From Fibrobacterales bacterium (lineage in GTDB: Bacteria; Fibrobacterota; Fibrobacteria; Fibrobacterales; JAOPTW01): a stretch of 14,777 nt of DNA. Shown piece by piece: positions 8,493 to 14,777 of this stretch; positions within the stretch are counted from its first letter, which is position 1, and each line of letters opens with the position of its first letter. Below the pieces are notes generated by a model. That model saw only the letters and a list, made by a program, of their open reading frames with translations, ran no database searches and was not told where the DNA came from. Made by a program: the position numbers and the translations under genes. The DNA lies in NCBI GenBank assembly GCA_051532035.1, contig JAOPTW010000093.1:1-14777 (forward strand), in the 5' to 3' direction.

Positions 8493-9808
8493 TAACTGAT
8501 ACTATCGTTGCACTCTCTACCCCTCCTGGGACATCTGCACTTGCAATAGTGAGAGTTTCAGGTCCAGCGGTTAAAGAGATCATCCTTAAATGTATCAGTA
8601 AATCTCTACCCAATAATAAAGAGATGATCTATGCATCATTCAGAGATATATCTGATAATGTTATAGACTCTCTTATGTATTCCTATTTTAAGGGACCAGA
8701 AACATTTTCTGGTGAAGACACTCTTGAGCTATTCCCCCACGGAAATATGCTCATTGTAAAATCAATACTATCAACCATTACATCACTTGACGGTGTACGC
8801 CTTGCAGAACCGGGAGAATTTACTCGAAGAGCATTTGAACATGGTAAAATAGACCTCGTTCAGGCTGAATCTATTGGAAGCTTGATACATGCAAAAAGTA
8901 CTGTACAACTCGAGAACTCTCAAAAGCTACTCAATGGTAAATTATCATCGAAAATCCATTCCCTTGTCGAGTCAGTAATACATCTATCGGCAAAAATGGA
9001 GCTCGATGTTGATTTTGCAGAAGAGGAAGCGGACCCTGATATTGATACGTGGAATCTCGATTTAACACATATTTTAAAAGTTATCGCTGATTTAAAAGCA
9101 GGGTACGAAAAAAGTATTTCAGCATCACAAAAACCGACGGTTGTTTTTTACGGTAAACCCAATGCTGGAAAATCTTCACTCATTAATGCACTTCTTGAAG
9201 AGAACAGGTTATTAGTTTCAAGTAAACCAGGAACAACTAGAGATTACATCGAAACTCAACTCTTTTTACCTGAGGGAGAAGTAACACTTATAGATACGGC
9301 TGGTCTTGGTATTGCTATTGATGAACTCGATGCAGAATCTCAAGAAAGAACACTCTCACTCATCAATAAAAGTGAACATAAAGTTTTTATTATGGATGGG
9401 TGTACCCACAACTGGGAAAATGAAATTCAAACAAATAGTGATGCATCAATTATCATTTCTACTAAAAGTGATCTCAAAGGTTTTAATAATCCCAATAATT
9501 GTATTCATGTTTCATCAACTAACTTAAATGGTATTGATTCATTAAAGCTACGATTATCTGAGCTACTTTTTGAGAAAGATACCCACGATGAAGATGTATG
9601 GATGGCCAGTGAACGTCAATTACACTCTTTACATAATGCAGAATCTGCTATTCAAAAAACAGTTGAACAATTATTATTTGACCCGTCTCCAGAGCTTCTT
9701 GCTTTTGAACTTAAAGAAGCTCGCTCTGCTATGGAGAGTATAACGGGACACATTTCAAGTGATGATATCCTTAATTCTGTATTTTCATCCTTTTGTATTG
9801 GCAAATAA
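8489..9808 (+). CDS. mnmE: tRNA modification GTPase MnmE (TrmE)
   Basis: DTIVALSTPPG, AEPGEFTRRAF, G1 GKPNAGKSS, G2 PGTTRD, G3 DTAG, G4 variant TKSD, C-terminal FCIGK. Confidence 0.97.
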   Translation: MITDTIVALSTPPGTSALAIVRVSGPAVKEIILKCISKSLPNNKEMIYASFRDISDNVIDSLMYSYFKGPETFSGEDTLELFPHGNMLIVKSILSTITSLDGVRLAEPGEFTRRAFEHGKIDLVQAESIGSLIHAKSTVQLENSQKLLNGKLSSKIHSLVESVIHLSAKMELDVDFAEEEADPDIDTWNLDLTHILKVIADLKAGYEKSISASQKPTVVFYGKPNAGKSSLINALLEENRLLVSSKPGTTRDYIETQLFLPEGEVTLIDTAGLGIAIDELDAESQERTLSLINKSEHKVFIMDGCTHNWENEIQTNSDASIIISTKSDLKGFNNPNNCIHVSSTNLNGIDSLKLRLSELLFEKDTHDEDVWMASERQLHSLHNAESAIQKTVEQLLFDPSPELLAFELKEARSAMESITGHISSDDILNSVFSSFCIGK

Positions 9809-9946
9809 ATACAAAAATAGAGTTCTCCCTATTAATTTATTGGAATATTGCTAGTGAAATTGCACAATATTTTGCTAATTTCTATACAGAAAGTGCAATT
9901 AATTAGTTACATTGCACGAAGCCCCACTATTAACAAAGGAATTAAC

Positions 9947-10210
9947 ATGAAATTATTAGTTATGATGTCTATTGTAGCTGTTACTTTGATCGGTTGTGCA
10001 AGCACATCTGAAGCAAAAACAGAAGAAGCACCTGCTCAAGAAACTGCTGCACCTGTTGCTGAAGAAGCACCTGCTGTTGAAGAAGCTGCTGCTCCTGCTG
10101 AAGCTCCTGTAGCTGAAGAAGCTGCTGCTCCTGCTGAAGCACCTGCACAAGAAACTGCTGCTGCTCCTGAAGCTGCAACTCCAGCTCCTGAAGCACCTGC
10201 TGCTCAGTAA
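9947..10210 (+). CDS. Small lipoprotein with Ala/Glu/Pro-rich disordered tail
   Basis: SD AAAGGA (9935-9940) precedes ATG 9947. MKLLVMMSIVAVTLIG-C is a signal peptide with lipobox. The remainder of the 87 aa is EEAPA/EEAAAPAEAP repeats. Confidence 0.85.
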   Translation: MKLLVMMSIVAVTLIGCASTSEAKTEEAPAQETAAPVAEEAPAVEEAAAPAEAPVAEEAAAPAEAPAQETAAAPEAATPAPEAPAAQ

Positions 10211-10256
10211 GCTAAAAAACATACAGAGCTTTATATAATAAGGCTTATGATACGTT

Positions 10257-10287
10257 AAAAAGAGCTACTCAATAAGTAGCTCTTTTT
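10257..10287. terminator. Bidirectional intrinsic terminator
   Basis: Perfect inverted repeat AAAAAGAGCTACT-CAATA-AGTAGCTCTTTTT between convergent genes; gives a U-tract in both directions. Confidence 0.8.
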
Positions 10288-11107
10288 CATTTTCTGATAG
10301 TAGCGTATAGGTTAACTTAATACCAACCATCCAACTATCCATTTTCGAGTCAGGCTTTCCGGTATACCAAGAGCTTTCGCCTTCCGTACCAGAACTATAC
10401 AGCCTAAATTCATCATACCGTACTATCTTGTATCCCCCAACAGCACTGATACTAAATTGATTCAGATTAATCCTTAAGTCCAAATCCAATTCCAGAAATT
10501 TGCCAAAACTAGTGTAATACTTTTGCTTTAGTGTGAGCGGTTGAAGATTGGGGTCTTCAGAGTCTTTGTTGTAATATTCAAAGGGACCCGGAAAAGTTGC
10601 ATTAACAGAAGTAAAACCAAAGGAAGTCATAGGAACAATGTTAAAGGCACTCTTAGAATCAAAGATTAACCACCCAACATTAAAACCCATAGAATAAGTA
10701 TAAAACTTGGTATTATACAGTGGTTTTTCTGCTTGTTTAGATATTGCATAGGGAGCTTTATTTTCCTGGGTAAAGGTATAATTAAATAAGACTCCAGTTA
10801 ACAATCTTTTATATTGAACTCCCGCTTCAAAAGTAATAATGGGAAACATCCAGTTGATTTTTTCATCATAGGTATCATAATCAAGTGCTGAAAAATCACT
10901 ATATGTTGTGTCGTATTGATCAGCGGAATCAAAACCTACAACAGAATATGTAGTAAAAACAGCATTGTTTAAATCATTAAGGTCTGTGCTACCGAAAGGG
11001 CTTGTAGTAAAAGAGAAATAGGGTTTAATCTCCCTTTTCTCATATATCCCATTATCTGAGAATACAAAAACGGCTAATAATAACAACACTTGAAAAACCT
11101 TTAACAT
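10265..11107 (-). CDS. Exported hypothetical protein, probable outer-membrane beta-barrel
   Basis: Signal peptide MLKVFQVLLLLAVFVFS. Amphipathic aromatic strands (ITFEAGVQY, LTGVLFNYTF, YSMGFNVGW, LELDLDLRINL, FSISAVGGYK) and a last strand WMVGIKLTYTL. Confidence 0.65.
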   Translation of the reverse strand: MLKVFQVLLLLAVFVFSDNGIYEKREIKPYFSFTTSPFGSTDLNDLNNAVFTTYSVVGFDSADQYDTTYSDFSALDYDTYDEKINWMFPIITFEAGVQYKRLLTGVLFNYTFTQENKAPYAISKQAEKPLYNTKFYTYSMGFNVGWLIFDSKSAFNIVPMTSFGFTSVNATFPGPFEYYNKDSEDPNLQPLTLKQKYYTSFGKFLELDLDLRINLNQFSISAVGGYKIVRYDEFRLYSSGTEGESSWYTGKPDSKMDSWMVGIKLTYTLLSENEKELLIE

Positions 11108-11302
11108 AGCACACCCTGAAGTAAAAGCAACATTCTATTATATAGAATCATAATCTATCTGTCCATATCTATCATTGATATAATAAAAAATAACGTCCAT
11201 AATAAGCGAAAATTAATACAAAAATTGAACAGTTAAAATTCCTAAAACTTCTAAACCCAATATATAGTACCCCTTACAACCACCAAATACAAGATACATT
11301 AA

Positions 11303-11324
11303 GAATGTGACGGAGCTTACATTT
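11303..11324. promoter_or_regulatory. CRP/FNR-family binding site (CRP-box-like)
   Basis: GAATGTGA-CGGAGC-TTACATTT versus the consensus AAATGTGA-N6-TCACATTT: one core mismatch and one flank mismatch. Lies in a divergent intergenic region. Confidence 0.55.
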
Positions 11325-11421
11325 CAGATATAAATATGGTATTATATGTAAACTTATGTAAAATATACGGTATATTATAGAAAGGAGTATTTGCTCCTGG
11401 GGTATATACAAGGAGAATCAT

Positions 11422-14400
11422 ATGCGGTGGTTGCAAAGCCTAAGGCTATGTTTGGGGTTAGTAGTTCTCACAATGTCTGTTGCATTTTCACAAACAGGGT
11501 TTCCGTTAATTATAAATTATTCGGGAACACTTACTGGTGAAGAGGCAGGTAAATCTAATACAGTGAATATAAAGTTCTCACTCTATGAAAATGAGATGAT
11601 AGCTATTCCTATATGGCAAGAGGAACATGTAGATGTTGCCGTATCCAATGGAGTATTCAATTGTGATCTCGGATCTGTAGTACCCTTTAGCAATACTGTG
11701 CCTTTCAATAAACAATATTGGTTAGGGATTGTCTATGATGGCATGACAGAATTCAAAATAAAACTCACGGCTTCTCCCTATGCACTTACAGCTAATACTG
11801 TATCAGGAAAAATATTAGAGGGCGTTGCCATAGATAATAACCTTCTTGTAAAAAGTGTTAACGGTTTAACTGATGATATAACCCTTCGTGAAGGCACAGA
11901 CATTAGCATAACCAAAGAAGGTAATGAAATAGTCTTCTCTTATACAGGAACTGGTGGTGGTGGAGGTGATCTCACTTCTGAGCCAGGTGCAATTAAGGCA
12001 GAGAATCTTGATACTAATTCAGTAACACAAGATAAAATTGCCAATAATGCCATTACTGCAGAAAAAATTGCAGATAATACTATTAGTGGAGATAAAATTG
12101 CACCTGATGCAATTGGCTCTGATAATATTGCAAATGATGCTGTGACGGCGGATGAAATTGCTACAGGAGCGGTGGGAGCAGATGAGATTGCTACAGGAGC
12201 GGTGGGAGCGGATGAAATTGCTACAGACGCGGTAACTGCAGATGAGATTGCTACAGGAGCGGTGGGAGCGGATGAAATTGCTACAGATGCGGTAACTGCA
12301 GATGAGATTGCTACGGGAGCTGTGGGAGCGGATGAGATCGCTACAGACGCAGTGACGGCGGATGAAATTGCTACAGGAGCGGTAGGAGCAGATGAAATCG
12401 CTACAGACGCAGTGACGGCGGATGAAATTGCTACAGGAGCGGTAGGAGCAGATGAAATCGCTACAGATGCGGTGACGGCGGATGAAATTGCTACAGGAGC
12501 GGTGGGAGCGGATGAGATTGCTACAAATGCAGTGACTGCAGATGAAATTGCTACAGGAGCTGTGGGAACTGATGAAATTGCAGCCAATGCAATTGATGGA
12601 ACAAAAATAGGTATTGGTACTACAACTCAAGATATGATGATATATAATGGTACTGATTGGGCGCGATTTGGAGTTGGTAATAATTCAGATGTACTTCAAG
12701 TTTCTGGTGGTGTTCTCTCTTGGGCACCTGCAGGTGCAGCGGCTGTAACAGATGGTTCAATTTTACCCGCTAAGTTAACTGCTTTAGCACCAGGTGAATT
12801 TATGGTTGGGACCAATACGACTTCAGCGGGAAATTCACTGGTAACAATGAATGGTGATGTCATTATGAATGGTACAGGGTTGGTGACTATTCAAGATGGT
12901 GCTGTTACTGTTGATGATATCGAAGGGCTCGCTAATAAAGAAATACTTATTGGTGTTGATGGCACTGCCGCTAATAATGCGAAAGTAATCGTTTCGGGTG
13001 ACGCTACACTTATAAACGATGGTACTCTTACCATTGCAAATGATGCAGTGACTACTGTGAAAGTACTCAATGGGAACATTACTGCAGCTAAACTTGAAGG
13101 ACTTGCAAGTGCACAGTTTATTGTTGGGGTGGATGGGACTGCGGCAAATAATGCGAAAGTTACTATGAGTGCTGATGCGACTATGGCGAACACCGGAGCC
13201 GTTACCATTGCAAACGATGCAGTAACTACTGCAAAAGTACTCAATGGGAACATTACTGCAGCTAAACTTGAAGGACTTGCAAGTGCACAGTTTATTGTTG
13301 GGGTGGATGGATCAGCAGCAAATAATGCAAAAGTGACTATGGGTGGTGATGCGACTATGGCAAACAATGGTGCAGTTACCATTGCAAGTGGAGCAGTTGA
13401 TGCTACAATGATTGAAGGACTCACCAGTACTCAATTTATTATTGGTGTGGATGGAACGGCTGCAAATAATGCTAAAGTTGCAATGAGTGGGGATGCGACC
13501 ATGGCAAATAATGGAGCTGTTACCATTGCTGCAGATGCGGTTTCACTTGCTAAGATGGCGGATATTACCAGAGGTTCACTTATTATTGGTGGAGTCGCAA
13601 ATGCGCCTTCTGCACTTGATGCTAAAACAAGTGGAAGAATCCTAGTAGGTGATGGCACTGACATTGCTTCAGTTGCAGTGTCTGGTGATGTTACTATGGC
13701 AAGTACCGGAGCGGTTACTATTGCTGGTGGAGCGGTTGATGCAACACACATTGAAGGACTCGCAAGTACTCAGTTTATTATTGGCGTAGATGGGACAGCG
13801 GCGAATAATGCAAAAGTGTCTATGGGTGGTGACGCGACTATGGCAAATGATGGGACCGTCACTATAGCTGGAGGAGCAATCGATGCTACCCACATTGAAG
13901 GTTTAACAAGTACTCAATTCATTATTGGGGTCGATGGCACAGCGGCAAACAATGCAAAAGTTTCTATGGGTGGCGATGCGACTATGGCAAACGATGGTAC
14001 TGTTACCATTGCAGGAGGAGCGGTTGATGCGACACATATTGAAGGCCTTACAAGTGCACAGATTATTATTGGGGTCGATGGGGCTGCTGCGAATAATACA
14101 AAAGTGACTTTGAGTAGCGATGTAACCATGGCAAATAATGGAGCTGTTACTATTGCGGATAATGCTGTAGATGGTACAGACATTTCAATCGCATCTGAAG
14201 CAGATAGAGATATGATGTATTTTGATGGTACTGACTGGGTAAGACTTGCTAAAGGTACATCAGGTGAAATTTTAACTATGACTGGAGCAAATGCAATAGG
14301 ATGGGGTTCTGCTGCCGGATTAAGTGATGGCGATGTGACAACAGCAAAAGTTGAAGCACTCACTTCAGGACAATTTATCATTGGTACCAACGGAACTACT

Positions 14401-14777
14401 GCCGGTAATGCTAAAGTGACCATGAGTGGTGATGCGACCATGGCGAATACGGGTGCACTCACTATCGCGGCTGGTGCTGTAGATGCAACAATGATTGAAG
14501 GACTTGCAAGTGCAGAGTTTGTCCTTGGAGTTGATGGCTCTGCTGCAAACAACGCTAAAGTGACCATGAGCGGAGATGCGACCATGGCGAACACAGGAGC
14601 TGTTACTATTGCTGCTGGGGCGGTTGATGCAACACATATTGAAGGACTTACCAGTACTCAATTTATTATCGGTGTTGATGGCACCGCCGCAAATAATGCA
14701 AAAGTTTCTATGGGTGGTGATGCGACCATGGCAAATGATGGGACCGTTACCATTGCCGGAGGAGCGGTTGATGCGAC
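11422..14777 (+). CDS. Giant secreted repeat protein, tail-fibre/trimeric adhesin-like (3' end outside window, >1118 aa)
   Basis: SD AGGAG (11411-11415) and ATG 11422; no stop to the window end on hand translation. Signal peptide MRWLQSLRLCLGLVVLTMSVAFS-Q. N-domain INYSGTL...FSLY...WQEEH..VAVSNGVFNCDLGS...YWLGI...LTASPYA, then VKSVNGLTDDITL, a Gly linker and nested repeats. Confidence 0.92.
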   Translation, partial: MRWLQSLRLCLGLVVLTMSVAFSQTGFPLIINYSGTLTGEEAGKSNTVNIKFSLYENEMIAIPIWQEEHVDVAVSNGVFNCDLGSVVPFSNTVPFNKQYWLGIVYDGMTEFKIKLTASPYALTANTVSGKILEGVAIDNNLLVKSVNGLTDDITLREGTDISITKEGNEIVFSYTGTGGGGGDLTSEPGAIKAENLDTNSVTQDKIANNAITAEKIADNTISGDKIAPDAIGSDNIANDAVTADEIATGAVGADEIATGAVGADEIATDAVTADEIATGAVGADEIATDAVTADEIATGAVGADEIATDAVTADEIATGAVGADEIATDAVTADEIATGAVGADEIATDAVTADEIATGAVGADEIATNAVTADEIATGAVGTDEIAANAIDGTKIGIGTTTQDMMIYNGTDWARFGVGNNSDVLQVSGGVLSWAPAGAAAVTDGSILPAKLTALAPGEFMVGTNTTSAGNSLVTMNGDVIMNGTGLVTIQDGAVTVDDIEGLANKEILIGVDGTAANNAKVIVSGDATLINDGTLTIANDAVTTVKVLNGNITAAKLEGLASAQFIVGVDGTAANNAKVTMSADATMANTGAVTIANDAVTTAKVLNGNITAAKLEGLASAQFIVGVDGSAANNAKVTMGGDATMANNGAVTIASGAVDATMIEGLTSTQFIIGVDGTAANNAKVAMSGDATMANNGAVTIAADAVSLAKMADITRGSLIIGGVANAPSALDAKTSGRILVGDGTDIASVAVSGDVTMASTGAVTIAGGAVDATHIEGLASTQFIIGVDGTAANNAKVSMGGDATMANDGTVTIAGGAIDATHIEGLTSTQFIIGVDGTAANNAKVSMGGDATMANDGTVTIAGGAVDATHIEGLTSAQIIIGVDGAAANNTKVTLSSDVTMANNGAVTIADNAVDGTDISIASEADRDMMYFDGTDWVRLAKGTSGEILTMTGANAIGWGSAAGLSDGDVTTAKVEALTSGQFIIGTNGTTAGNAKVTMSGDATMANTGALTIAAGAVDATMIEGLASAEFVLGVDGSAANNAKVTMSGDATMANTGAVTIAAGAVDATHIEGLTSTQFIIGVDGTAANNAKVSMGGDATMANDGTVTIAGGAVDA
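11986..12615 (+). repeat. 30-bp (10-aa) coding tandem repeat, 21 units; near-perfect core 12136-12585 (15 units) with 60-bp higher-order period
   Basis: Alternating GAVGADEIAT / DAVTADEIAT, flanked by degenerate units (NSVTQDKIAN, NAITAEKIAD, NTISGDKIAP). DNA differences between like units are mostly synonymous. Confidence 0.95.
12775..14777 (+). repeat. 144-bp (48-aa) coding repeat with 58-aa and 65-aa variants, about 12 units visible
   Basis: Consensus IEGLTSTQFIIGVDGTAANNAKVSMGGDATMANDGTVTIAGGAVDATH. Unit starts at 12775, 12919, 13093, 13267, 13411, 13555, 13750, 13894, 14038, 14350, 14494, 14638. Confidence 0.93.

Noticed and set aside
9460..9475. MnmE G4 motif TKSD instead of NKxD as a sign of inactivation
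   Set aside because: TKxD is a tolerated G4 variant in GTPases; all other motifs and FCIGK are intact.
229..9527. Other short ORFs overlapping housekeeping genes (e.g. 1334-1765, 3401-3733, 3981-4352, 5077-5358, 7290-7664, 9306-9527)
   Set aside because: Antisense or off-frame to well-supported genes, with no recognisable motifs.
9860..9876. Sigma54 promoter (TTGCAC...TTGCT)
   Set aside because: Lacks the -24 GG and the spacing is off by one.
9848..10222. Longer 9848 start and antisense poly-Gln and Ser/Phe ORFs
   Set aside because: The SD and lipoprotein signal fit ATG 9947; the antisense ORFs mirror the GCT/GAA/CCT repeats.
11940..14661. Long minus-strand ORFs with Ser/Ala/Pro or Cys/Arg repeats
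   Set aside because: Antisense shadows of the plus-strand repeat gene, which has an SD, signal peptide and continuous frame.
12775..14777. Ice-nucleation protein (48-aa period), RTX or collagen-like repeats
   Set aside because: No AGYGST/TxT 16-mer substructure, no GGxGxD nonapeptides, no Gly-X-Y triplets.
12136..14777. CRISPR array or diversity-generating retroelement TR/VR pair
   Set aside because: Repeats are contiguous, in frame and spacerless; differences are mostly synonymous, not adenine-specific; no reverse transcriptase in the window.
11422..14777. Prophage or horizontally acquired island (higher GC, fibre motifs)
   Set aside because: No integrase, att site or phage genes; the higher GC is explicable by Ala/Gly/Val/Asp richness; a signal peptide argues against a virion protein.

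Overview
AT-rich bacterial chromosomal DNA that looks like an origin-proximal housekeeping region. A diderm is implied by the lipid A acyltransferase-like gene, the lipoprotein and the beta-barrel-like protein; FCB/Fibrobacterota-like affinity is only a weak inference. Left, minus strand, tightly coupled: rsmG-parA-parB-M23 peptidase-bactofilin-atpZ-atpI-atpB. atpB is cut at ~87 by a fold-back inverted duplication, probably an amplification or assembly chimera. Centre (4809-5125): three perfect parS palindromes mixed with degenerate DnaA-box-like 9-mers, then an LpxL/HtrB-like acyltransferase with extreme strand bias. Right, plus strand: rpmH (absent from the ORF track)-rnpA-yidD-yidC-mnmE. 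No dnaA, jag or mnmG is present. Next come an Ala/Glu/Pro-rich lipoprotein, a convergent outer-membrane beta-barrel-like protein, and a regulatory intergenic region with a CRP-like box. The last 3.36 kb are a stop-free plus-strand ORF (11422 to the window end, >1118 aa, absent from the ORF track). It encodes a signal-peptide-bearing, tail-fibre-like protein with nested 10-aa, 48/58-aa and ~525-aa repeats. This fibre locus is the best candidate for something poorly described; most of the rest is known biology in an unusual arrangement.
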